In this document: positions 7,219 to 14,869 of the stretch, piece by piece
Numbering within the stretch: position 1 is the first letter of the stretch
Layout of the letters: each line of letters begins with the position of its first letter
From: a virus
Taxonomy: Duplodnaviria > Heunggongvirae > Uroviricota > Caudoviricetes
Strand: one strand, 5' to 3'
DNA length: 14,869 nucleotides
Virus record (IMG/VR): IMGVR_UViG_2579778929_000006
Program-made: the position numbers and the translations under genes
The notes under the pieces: generated by a model
The model's input: only the letters and a program-made list of their open reading frames with translations
Told to the model about the DNA's origin: nothing
Database searches by the model: none

Positions 7219-7306
7219 TACACGACCTCGTTATTTCGGGTTCCCATAAAACGTGGGAACCTGTGCGGGAACCTAACGCGAGAAAAATAGCCTGAAATGT
7301 TCAAAA

Positions 7307-8344
7307 ATGCACGATAATCATGAAACACAAAAAATTAATCAAACCAGCGTGATGCCTGAAAAAACTGGTGTTTACTGGAATTCTCGGTTTAGCATTGCTC
7401 CTATGCTCGACTGGACGGACAGACATTGCCGCTATTTCTTGCGTCTGCTTTCCCGCAATACGTTGCTGTATACCGAAATGGTGACCACAGGGGCGATTAT
7501 TCACGGTAAAGGTGATTACCTGGCGTACAGTGAAGAAGAACATCCGGTAGCGTTGCAACTCGGCGGTAGCGATCCGGCGGCGCTGGCACAGTGTGCGAAG
7601 CTGGCAGAAGCGCGTGGATATGATGAGATCAACCTGAATGTCGGCTGCCCGTCTGACCGGGTGCAGAACGGCATGTTTGGTGCGTGTCTGATGGGTAATG
7701 CGCAGCTGGTTGCCGACTGCGTGAAAGCGATGCGCGATGTGGTGTCGATTCCGGTGACGGTGAAAACGCGTATTGGCATCGACGACCAGGACAGCTATGA
7801 ATTTCTCTGCGATTTCATCAACACCGTTTCCGGCAAAGGCGAGTGTGAGATGTTCATCATCCATGCACGTAAAGCCTGGCTTTCGGGGTTAAGTCCGAAA
7901 GAAAACCGTGAGATCCCGCCGCTCGATTATCCGCGTGTGTATCAACTGAAGCGTGACTTTCCGCATCTGACAATGTCGATTAACGGTGGTATCAAGTCGC
8001 TGGAAGAGGCCAAAGCACACCTGCAACATATGGATGGCGTGATGGTCGGGCGCGAGGCGTATCAGAATCCGGGTATTCTGGCGGCGGTAGACCGGGAGAT
8101 CTTTGGTTCCTCGGATATCGATGCCGATCCGGTGGCGGTAGTGCGCGCCATGTATCCGTACATTGAGCGTGAACTCAGCCAGGGGACGTATCTCGGTCAT
8201 ATTACCCGGCATATGTTGGGCTTGTTCCAGGGTATTCCTGGCGCGCGGCAGTGGCGGCGTTATTTAAGTGAAAATGCCCATAAAGCGGGTGCAGACATTA
8301 ATGTGCTGGAACACGCGCTCAAACTGGTGGCGGATAAGCGTTAA
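7307..8344 (+). CDS. dusA: tRNA-dihydrouridine synthase A
   Basis: 345-aa ORF. …[37 protein letters not shown]…[14 protein letters not shown]… matches E. coli DusA. The true start is uncertain (in-frame ATGs at 7307, 7322 and 7352), and the first codons may be island-derived. Confidence 0.9.
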   Translation: MHDNHETQKINQTSVMPEKTGVYWNSRFSIAPMLDWTDRHCRYFLRLLSRNTLLYTEMVTTGAIIHGKGDYLAYSEEEHPVALQLGGSDPAALAQCAKLAEARGYDEINLNVGCPSDRVQNGMFGACLMGNAQLVADCVKAMRDVVSIPVTVKTRIGIDDQDSYEFLCDFINTVSGKGECEMFIIHARKAWLSGLSPKENREIPPLDYPRVYQLKRDFPHLTMSINGGIKSLEEAKAHLQHMDGVMVGREAYQNPGILAAVDREIFGSSDIDADPVAVVRAMYPYIERELSQGTYLGHITRHMLGLFQGIPGARQWRRYLSENAHKAGADINVLEHALKLVADKR

Positions 8345-8373
8345 CTTTTCACCAAAAAATAGTCAAATTCACC

Positions 8374-8407
8374 ACGCCCTGCGCACCGTCGCGGGGCGTT
8401 TTGCTGT
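8374..8407 (+). terminator. Probable rho-independent terminator after dusA
   Basis: GC-rich hairpin acgccctgcg-cacc-gtcgcggggcgt followed by tttgctgtt, about 30 bp after the dusA stop. Confidence 0.5.
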
Positions 8408-8425
8408 TAAATCAATAGATTATTT

Positions 8426-8442
8426 TTGGCATGATTCTTGTA
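8426..8442 (+). promoter_or_regulatory. Candidate sigma54 (-24/-12) promoter for pspG
   Basis: TGGCAT-gattc-TTGTA resembles the TGGCAC-N5-TTGC consensus with a GT for GC at -12. It lies about 36 bp upstream of the pspG start. pspG is known to be sigma54/PspF-dependent. Confidence 0.45.
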
Positions 8443-8477
8443 ATGCCAGCAAGAGATTTCATATTTGGGAGTGCATC

Positions 8478-8720
8478 ATGCTGGAACTACTTTTTGTGAT
8501 TGGCTTTTTTGTCATGCTGATGGTCACCGGCGTTTCGTTGCTGGGCATTATCGCCGCGCTGGTTGTGGCGACGGCCATTATGTTCCTCGGCGGTATGCTG
8601 GCATTGATGATTAAGTTGCTGCCGTGGTTACTACTGGCGATTGCGGTGGTGTGGGTTATTAAGGCGATTAAAGCACCAAAAGTGCCGAAATATCAGCGTT
8701 ATGACCGCTGGCGTTACTAA
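8478..8720 (+). CDS. pspG: Phage shock protein G (small inner-membrane protein)
   Basis: 80-aa hydrophobic protein MLELLFVIGFFVMLMVTGVSLLGIIAALVV…, preceded by GGGAG RBS. The track ORF starting at 8268 is an upstream in-frame extension. Confidence 0.85.
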   Translation: MLELLFVIGFFVMLMVTGVSLLGIIAALVVATAIMFLGGMLALMIKLLPWLLLAIAVVWVIKAIKAPKVPKYQRYDRWRY

Positions 8721-8844
8721 GGGATTGTGCGGATGATCACAACCTAAGGTTTTATCCTTAGAACAAAATAGGAATTGATAATCAAATCTGTCACTATTGC
8801 GCCTCTAACAGATTCATCGTGCTGTACCCTACATACAGCCGAAC

Positions 8845-8882
8845 TATAAAAAGAAAGGGCTTCCCAGGTGGAAGCCCTATTT
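8845..8882. terminator. Bidirectional rho-independent terminator between convergent pspG and qorA
   Basis: Hairpin agggcttcc-caggt-ggaagccct (8856-8878) flanked by A-rich sequence on the left and T-rich sequence on the right, so it has a U-run on either strand. Confidence 0.55.
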
Positions 8883-8885
8883 CTT

Positions 8886-9869
8886 TTATGGAATCAACAG
8901 GCTGGAACCTTGCGTTGCCCGGCTTTCCAGAATTTCATGCGCACGCTGCGCATCCTTCAGCGGATATTTCTGCTGCTCGGCGACATCGACCTTAATCACA
9001 CCGCTGGCAATCAAAGAGAACAGTTCATTACTGGCCTCGGTTAATTCCTCCCGCGTGGTGATATAGCCTTGCAGGGAAGGGCGTGTCACATACAACGAGC
9101 CTTTCTGATTGAGAATGCCTAAGTTCACACCGGTAACCGCACCTGATGAGTTGCCAAAACTCACCATTAAGCCGCGGCGTTGCAGGCAATCCAGCGACCG
9201 TTCCCAGGTGTCTCTGCCCACGGAATCGTACACCACGCGCACTTTCTTACCGCCGGTGATCTCTTTTAACCGCTCGACCAGATTCTCTTCACGATAGTTA
9301 ATAACCTGCCACGCGCCCGCTTTTAGCGCGCTCTGCGCTTTTTGCGCGGTTCCTACGGTGCCGATAAGTTTCGCGCCCAGGGCTTTTGCCCACTGGCAGG
9401 CAATCAAGCCAACGCCGCCAGCTGCTGCGTGGAACAGGAACTGCTCATCGGGTTTAATTTCATAGGTTTTGCGCAGCAGATAATAAACCGTTAAGCCTTT
9501 CAGGAAGGATGCCGCAGCTTGCTCAAAAGAAATTGCCGCAGGCAGAATCGCCGCTTTATCCGCAATAATGTTATGCACAGAGCTGTAAGCGCCTAACGCC
9601 GACTGCGCATAGACTACACGATCGCCTGCCTTAATATGCTTTACACCACTGCCGACTTTACTCACGATGCCTGCTGCTTCGGTGCCTAATCCGCTGGGTA
9701 GCGATGGCGGCGGGTAAAGGCCGCTGCGGATATATGTGTCGATAAAATTGATGCCGATGGCTTTATTTTCGACCTGGATTTCATTCTCCGCCGGATCGGC
9801 AGGAGTGAACTCTACGGCTTGAAGTACTTCCGGGCCACCGTGCTTGTGAAATTCAATTCGTGTTGCCAT
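8886..9869 (-). CDS. qorA: NADPH:quinone oxidoreductase (zeta-crystallin homologue)
   Basis: Translation from MATRIEFHKHGGPEVLQAVEF… to …ATQGSSLLIP is 327 aa, matching E. coli Qor. CCTCC complement (GGAGG RBS) lies just upstream of ATG at 9869. The track ORF extends 36 codons further upstream. Confidence 0.9.
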   Translation of the reverse strand: MATRIEFHKHGGPEVLQAVEFTPADPAENEIQVENKAIGINFIDTYIRSGLYPPPSLPSGLGTEAAGIVSKVGSGVKHIKAGDRVVYAQSALGAYSSVHNIIADKAAILPAAISFEQAAASFLKGLTVYYLLRKTYEIKPDEQFLFHAAAGGVGLIACQWAKALGAKLIGTVGTAQKAQSALKAGAWQVINYREENLVERLKEITGGKKVRVVYDSVGRDTWERSLDCLQRRGLMVSFGNSSGAVTGVNLGILNQKGSLYVTRPSLQGYITTREELTEASNELFSLIASGVIKVDVAEQQKYPLKDAQRAHEILESRATQGSSLLIP

Positions 9870-9951
9870 GTGTCCTCCAGAACGTATCGTCAGGGTCTGC
9901 TTCATATGGTAAAGTTTCGACCCATTCTTTATCTCGGTAACTCCATTCACT

Positions 9952-11367
9952 ATGGCAGGAAATAAACCCTTCAACAAACAGCAGGCTGAACCCCGCGAAC
10001 GCGATCCACAAGTTGCCGGGCTGAAAGTGCCTCCGCACTCGATCGAAGCGGAGCAGTCGGTGTTGGGCGGTTTAATGCTAGATAACGAACGCTGGGATGA
10101 TGTAGCCGAGCGTGTGGTAGCAGACGATTTTTACACCCGCCCACACCGTCATATCTTTACTGAAATGGCGCGTTTGCAGGAAAGCGGTAGCCCTATCGAT
10201 CTAATTACTCTTGCGGAATCGCTGGAACGCCAGGGGCAACTCGATAGCGTCGGTGGTTTTGCTTATCTGGCAGAGCTGTCAAAAAATACGCCAAGTGCGG
10301 CGAACATCAGTGCTTATGCTGACATCGTGCGTGAACGTGCCGTTGTCCGTGAGATGATCTCGGTTGCGAATGAGATTGCTGAAGCCGGTTTTGATCCGCA
10401 GGGGCGTACCAGCGAAGATCTGCTGGACCTTGCTGAATCCCGCGTCTTTAAAATTGCCGAAAGTCGTGCAAACAAAGACGAAGGGCCGAAGAACATCGCC
10501 GATGTGCTCGACGCAACCGTGGCGCGTATTGAGCAGTTGTTTCAGCAGCCACACGATGGCGTTACCGGAGTAAACACCGGTTATGACGATCTCAACAAAA
10601 AAACCGCTGGCTTGCAGCCGTCGGATTTGATCATCGTCGCCGCGCGTCCGTCGATGGGTAAAACAACATTTGCGATGAACCTCGTCGAAAACGCGGCGAT
10701 GTTGCAGGATAAACCAGTACTTATCTTCTCGCTGGAGATGCCTTCAGAACAGATTATGATGCGTTCTCTGGCGTCGCTGTCGCGCGTTGACCAGACTAAA
10801 ATCCGTACCGGGCAGCTCGATGATGAAGACTGGGCGCGCATTTCCGGCACCATGGGTATTTTGCTCGAAAAACGCAATATCTATATCGATGACTCCTCCG
10901 GCCTGACGCCAACGGAAGTGCGTTCCCGCGCACGCCGTATTGCCCGTGAACACGGCGGCATCGGGCTTATCATGATCGACTACCTGCAACTGATGCGCGT
11001 ACCGGCGCTTTCCGATAACCGTACGCTGGAAATTGCAGAAATCTCTCGCTCGCTGAAAGCACTGGCGAAAGAACTGAACGTGCCGGTGGTGGCGCTGTCC
11101 CAGTTGAACCGTTCTCTGGAACAACGTGCCGACAAACGCCCGGTCAACTCCGACCTGCGTGAATCTGGCTCTATCGAGCAGGATGCGGACTTGATCATGT
11201 TTATCTATCGTGATGAGGTGTATCACGAAAACAGTGATTTAAAAGGCATCGCGGAAATTATTATCGGTAAACAACGTAACGGCCCAATCGGGACGGTACG
11301 CCTGACCTTTAACGGTCAATGGTCGCGCTTCGACAACTATGCGGGGCCGCAGTACGACGACGAATAA
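9952..11367 (+). CDS. dnaB: Replicative DNA helicase
   Basis: 471-aa ORF MAGNKPFNKQQAEPRERDPQVAGLKVPPHSIEAEQSVLGGLMLDNERWDDV… with Walker A (AARPSMGKT) and RecA-like core, matching E. coli DnaB. Confidence 0.95.
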   Translation: MAGNKPFNKQQAEPRERDPQVAGLKVPPHSIEAEQSVLGGLMLDNERWDDVAERVVADDFYTRPHRHIFTEMARLQESGSPIDLITLAESLERQGQLDSVGGFAYLAELSKNTPSAANISAYADIVRERAVVREMISVANEIAEAGFDPQGRTSEDLLDLAESRVFKIAESRANKDEGPKNIADVLDATVARIEQLFQQPHDGVTGVNTGYDDLNKKTAGLQPSDLIIVAARPSMGKTTFAMNLVENAAMLQDKPVLIFSLEMPSEQIMMRSLASLSRVDQTKIRTGQLDDEDWARISGTMGILLEKRNIYIDDSSGLTPTEVRSRARRIAREHGGIGLIMIDYLQLMRVPALSDNRTLEIAEISRSLKALAKELNVPVVALSQLNRSLEQRADKRPVNSDLRESGSIEQDADLIMFIYRDEVYHENSDLKGIAEIIIGKQRNGPIGTVRLTFNGQWSRFDNYAGPQYDDE

Positions 11368-11419
11368 TAATTATTTTATGAATTAGGTAATTAAAACAAA
11401 CACTTATCAAGGAACACAA

Positions 11420-12499
11420 ATGCAAGCGGCAACTGTTGTGATTAACCGCCGCGCTCTGCGACACAACCTGCAACGTCTTCGTGAACTGGCCCCTGCCAGT
11501 AAAATGGTTGCGGTGGTGAAAGCGAACGCTTATGGTCACGGTCTTCTTGAGACCGCGCGAACGCTCCCCGATGCTGACGCCTTTGGCGTAGCCCGTCTCG
11601 AAGAAGCTCTGCGACTGCGTGCGGGGGGAATCACCAAACCTGTACTGTTACTCGAAGGCTTTTTTGATGCCAGAGATCTGCCGACGATTTCTGCGCAACA
11701 TTTTCATACCGCCGTGCATAACGAAGAACAGCTGGCTGCGCTGGAAGAGGCTAGCCTGGACGAGCCGGTTACCGTCTGGATGAAACTCGATACCGGTATG
11801 CACCGTCTGGGCGTAAGGCCGGAACAGGCTGAGGCGTTTTATCATCGCCTGACCCAGTGCAAAAACGTTCGTCAGCCGGTGAATATCGTCAGCCATTTTG
11901 CGCGCGCGGATGAACCAAAATGTGGCGCAACCGAGAAACAACTCGCTATCTTTAATACCTTTTGCGAAGGCAAACCTGGTCAACGTTCCATTGCCGCATC
12001 GGGTGGCATTCTGCTGTGGCCACAGTCGCATTTTGACTGGGTGCGCCCGGGCATCATTCTTTATGGCGTCTCGCCGCTGGAAGATCGCTCCACCGGTGCC
12101 GATTTTGGCTGTCAGCCAGTGATGTCACTAACCTCCAGCCTGATTGCCGTGCGTGAGCATAAAGCCGGAGAACCTGTTGGTTATGGTGGAACCTGGGTAA
12201 GCGAACGTGATACCCGTCTTGGCGTAGTCGCGATGGGCTATGGCGATGGTTATCCGCGCGCCGCGCCGTCCGGTACGCCAGTGCTGGTGAACGGTCGCGA
12301 AGTACCGATTGTCGGGCGCGTGGCGATGGATATGATCTGCGTAGACTTAGGTCCACAGGCGCAGGACAAAGCCGGGGATCCGGTCATTTTATGGGGCGAA
12401 GGTTTGCCCGTAGAACGTATCGCTGAAATGACGAAAGTAAGCGCTTACGAACTTATTACGCGCCTGACTTCAAGGGTCGCGATGAAATACGTGGATTAA
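11420..12499 (+). CDS. alr: Alanine racemase, biosynthetic
   Basis: 359-aa [44 protein letters not shown]… with the PLP-lysine motif [10 protein letters not shown], matching E. coli Alr. Confidence 0.95.
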
Positions 12500-12524
12500 T
12501 CGTTCTGTAATATTTGATTGTCTG

Positions 12525-12556
12525 TGCCGGATGCGGCGTGAATGCCTTATCCGGCC
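12525..12556. repeat. REP (repetitive extragenic palindromic) element
   Basis: tGCCGGATGcggcgtgaatgccttATCCGGCc is the classic E. coli REP palindrome, located in the alr-tyrB intergenic region. Confidence 0.7.
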
Positions 12557-12751
12557 AATAAAATCCTAAAAATTCAATAAGTTGATGTTCTTTCATGCTC
12601 TTATAAAGGTCGTGCCTCTGGCGGATGTACGTTTGTCATGAGTCTCACTCTGTTGCTAATTGCCGTTCGCTCCTGAACATCCACTCGATCTTCGCCTTCT
12701 TCCGGTTTATTGTGTTTTAACCACCTGCCCGTAAACCTGGAGAACCATCGC

Positions 12752-13945
12752 GTGTTTCAAAAAGTTGACGCCTACGCTGGCGACCCGATTCTTACGCTTA
12801 TGGAGCGTTTTAAAGAAGACCCTCGCAGCGACAAAGTGAATTTAAGTATCGGTCTGTACTACAACGAAGACGGAATTATTCCACAACTGCAAGCCGTGGC
12901 GGAGGCGGAAGCGCGCCTGAATGCGCAGCCTCATGGCGCTTCGCTTTATTTACCGATGGAAGGGCTTAACAGCTATCGCCATGCCATTGCGCCGCTGCTG
13001 TTTGGTGCGGACCATCCGGTACTGAAACAACAGCGCGTAGCAACCATTCAAACCCTTGGCGGCTCCGGGGCATTGAAAGTGGGCGCGGATTTCCTGAAAC
13101 GCTACTTCCCGGAATCAGGCGTCTGGGTCAGCGATCCTACCTGGGAAAACCACGTAGCAATATTCGCCGGGGCTGGATTCGAAGTGAGTACTTACCCCTG
13201 GTATGACGAAGCGACTAACGGCGTGCGCTTTAATGACCTGTTGGCGACGCTGAAAACATTACCTGCCCGCAGTATTGTGTTGCTGCATCCATGTTGCCAC
13301 AACCCAACGGGTGCCGATCTCACTAATGATCAGTGGGATGCGGTGATTGAAATTCTCAAAGCCCGCGAGCTTATTCCATTCCTCGATATTGCCTATCAAG
13401 GATTTGGTGCCGGTATGGAAGAGGATGCCTACGCTATTCGCGCCATTGCCAGCGCTGGATTACCCGCTCTGGTGAGCAATTCGTTCTCGAAAATTTTCTC
13501 CCTTTACGGCGAGCGCGTCGGCGGACTTTCTGTTATGTGTGAAGATGCCGAAGCCGCTGGCCGCGTACTGGGGCAATTGAAAGCAACAGTTCGCCGCAAC
13601 TACTCCAGCCCGCCGAATTTTGGTGCGCAGGTGGTGGCTGCAGTGCTGAATGACGAGGCATTGAAAGCCAGCTGGCTGGCGGAAGTAGAAGAGATGCGTA
13701 CTCGCATTCTGGCAATGCGTCAGGAATTGGTGAAGGTATTAAGCACAGAGATGCCAGAACGCAATTTCGATTATCTGCTTAATCAGCGCGGCATGTTCAG
13801 TTATACCGGTTTAAGTGCCGCTCAGGTTGACCGACTACGTGAAGAATTTGGTGTCTATCTCATCGCCAGCGGTCGCATGTGTGTCGCCGGGTTAAATACG
13901 GCAAATGTACAACGTGTGGCAAAGGCGTTTGCTGCGGTGATGTAA
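12752..13945 (+). CDS. tyrB: Aromatic-amino-acid aminotransferase
   Basis: Translation from GTG at 12752 ([37 protein letters not shown]…) gives 397 aa, matching E. coli TyrB. GGAG RBS 9 nt upstream. The track ORF starting at 12710 is an in-frame upstream extension. Confidence 0.9.
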   Translation: MFQKVDAYAGDPILTLMERFKEDPRSDKVNLSIGLYYNEDGIIPQLQAVAEAEARLNAQPHGASLYLPMEGLNSYRHAIAPLLFGADHPVLKQQRVATIQTLGGSGALKVGADFLKRYFPESGVWVSDPTWENHVAIFAGAGFEVSTYPWYDEATNGVRFNDLLATLKTLPARSIVLLHPCCHNPTGADLTNDQWDAVIEILKARELIPFLDIAYQGFGAGMEEDAYAIRAIASAGLPALVSNSFSKIFSLYGERVGGLSVMCEDAEAAGRVLGQLKATVRRNYSSPPNFGAQVVAAVLNDEALKASWLAEVEEMRTRILAMRQELVKVLSTEMPERNFDYLLNQRGMFSYTGLSAAQVDRLREEFGVYLIASGRMCVAGLNTANVQRVAKAFAAVM

Positions 13946-13954
13946 TGCAGGAAA

Positions 13955-13978
13955 GCAGGCTGGAGTTACCCAGCCTGC
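13955..13978. terminator. Hairpin immediately after tyrB (possible terminator)
   Basis: gcaggctgg-agttac-ccagcctgc, a 9-bp perfect stem starting 10 bp after the tyrB stop. No clear T-run follows, so terminator function is uncertain. Confidence 0.35.
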
Positions 13979-14465
13979 AGTGAAATTAAACTGTCGTCGC
14001 TTTCACTATTTCTTTGTAGATGATTTTTTTGATGCCGTTGTTCTACGTGAGAGATAATAAAACGTTGTCAGTTCTTTTATTGTTAAGTTTATCCCAATTA
14101 TCTGGAATTCCTTTCCCTATTTTTTCGTGTGGAGTAATAATTTCTGCACATCTAACCATTATTAAATTTAATAATAAGTATCGGGTTTGTTACGATAGAA
14201 TATTTCTATATCCTCAAGAATATGCTTTGCCTTATTACCTGTGACTTTCTGAGATTCAATTATAGTATCGTTAAATTCTAATGTTAAAGAGAGCTATTTT
14301 TTCCGCTTTGTGTAAGTTTAACCTTATATTGATTACCAATATCAAATAAAAAGGTCCTGTAATGAGAATAATCACCTTTAACCTCCTCGGCAAAACAGCA
14401 AAGCGTGCAAGGTGATGCTGCCAACTTACTGATTTAGTGTATGATGGTGTTTTTGAGGTGCTCCA

Positions 14466-14741
14466 GTGGCTTCTGTTTCTATCAGCTGTCCCTCCTGTTC
14501 AGCTACTGACGGGGTGGTGCGTAACGGCAAAAGCACCGCCGGACATCAGCGCTATCTCTGCTCTCACTGCCGTAAAACATGGCAACTGCAGTTCACTTAC
14601 ACCGCTTCTCAACCCGGTACGCACCAGAAAATCATTGATATGGCCATGAATGGCGTTGGATGCCGGGCAACTGCCCGCATTATGGGCGTTGGCCTCAACA
14701 CGATTTTACGTCACTTAAAAAACTCAGGCCGCAGTCGGTAA
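14466..14741 (+). CDS. insA: IS1 InsA (transposition inhibitor / N-terminal part of InsAB')
   Basis: 91-aa [46 protein letters not shown]…LKNSGRSR is identical to IS1 InsA as I recall it. Confidence 0.9.
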
Positions 14742-14869
14742 CCTCGCGCATACAGCCGGGCAGTGACGTCATCGTCTGCGCGGAAATGGACGAACAGTGG
14801 GGCTATGTCGGGGCTAAATCGCGCCAGCGCTGGCTGTTTTACGCGTATGACAGGCTCCGGAAGACGGTT
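14717..14869 (+). CDS. insB: IS1 InsB' (transposase catalytic part made by -1 frameshifting at A6C), 3'-truncated by the window edge; start coordinate approximate
   Basis: The -1 frame after the A6C site reads …[43 protein letters not shown], matching IS1 InsB, and is open to the end of the window. Confidence 0.65.

Larger units (their letters stand above)
14411..14869 (+). mobile_element. IS1, partial: left inverted repeat through part of insB, cut by the window edge
   Basis: GGTGATGCTGCCAACTTACTGATTTAGTGTATGATGGTG at 14411 is the IS1 left terminal repeat. insA follows at the canonical distance, and the A6C frameshift motif is at 14717-14723. Confidence 0.9.

Noticed and set aside
7301-8212. 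Minus-strand ORFs 7301..7864, 7516..7779 and 7889..8212
   Set aside because: Antisense to dusA, whose translation matches the known protein throughout.
8268-8477. Upstream in-frame extension making pspG a 150-aa protein
   Set aside because: The hydrophobic 80-aa PspG starts at ATG 8478 with a GGGAG RBS. The extension overlaps the sigma54 promoter region and the candidate dusA terminator.
9870-9977. 36-codon N-terminal extension of qorA in the ORF track
   Set aside because: Qor is 327 aa, starting MATRIEFHK with a GGAGG RBS. The extension would run into the dnaB start region.
9109-12356. Internal or antisense ORFs within qorA, dnaB and alr (for example 9109..9297, 10279..10554, 10744..11226, 11648..12031, 12054..12356)
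   Set aside because: They overlap highly conserved housekeeping genes in other frames.
12710-12751. ATG at 12710 as the tyrB start
   Set aside because: TyrB begins [11 protein letters not shown] at GTG 12752 with a GGAG RBS. The extra 14 residues do not match the known protein.
12560-12751. TyrR boxes upstream of tyrB
   Set aside because: tyrB is TyrR-regulated, but I could not find a convincing TGTAAA-N6-TTTACA match by eye, so no site is reported.
13533-13715. Minus-strand ORF 13533..13715
   Set aside because: Antisense to tyrB, with no RBS or recognisable motifs.
14020-14244. 74-aa ORF in the AT-rich stretch after tyrB
   Set aside because: Low-complexity AT-rich sequence, no RBS, and an implausible Leu/Ile/Phe-rich product. 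Treated as non-coding.
14437-14649. ORF 14437..14649 inside IS1
   Set aside because: It is an alternate frame overlapping insA.
1-14869. CRISPR arrays, tRNA or rRNA genes
   Set aside because: No regularly spaced direct repeats and no tRNA-like T-loop or acceptor signatures were seen. The island is anchored at dusA rather than at a tRNA gene.

Overview
The window reads as Escherichia coli-type chromosomal DNA. The right ~7.1 kb (7307-14410) is conserved backbone: dusA, pspG, qorA (reverse strand), dnaB, alr and tyrB, followed by a low-GC stretch and an IS1 copy cut by the window edge. The left ~7.2 kb (1-7218) looks like the integrase-proximal end of a horizontally acquired element inserted at the 5' end of dusA. 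Reading leftward from dusA it carries a tyrosine integrase, a dinI-like gene behind a LexA box, a lower-GC orphan gene for a zinc-ribbon plus HEPN-like (DUF4145-type) protein, a decayed Din-family DNA invertase gene, an orphan ClpP-fold serine protease gene, a tail-fibre assembly gene, a glycine-rich tail-fibre gene containing a hix/gix-like site, a baseplate gene, and a baseplate J-type gene truncated by IS186. No rRNA, tRNA or CRISPR array was seen. The two best candidates for an undescribed function are the zinc-ribbon/HEPN-like orphan (4767-5462) and the ClpP-like orphan (3676-4227). All protein-family calls were made by eye from the translations and from memory of the families, with no database search; coordinates for CDSs include the stop codon.
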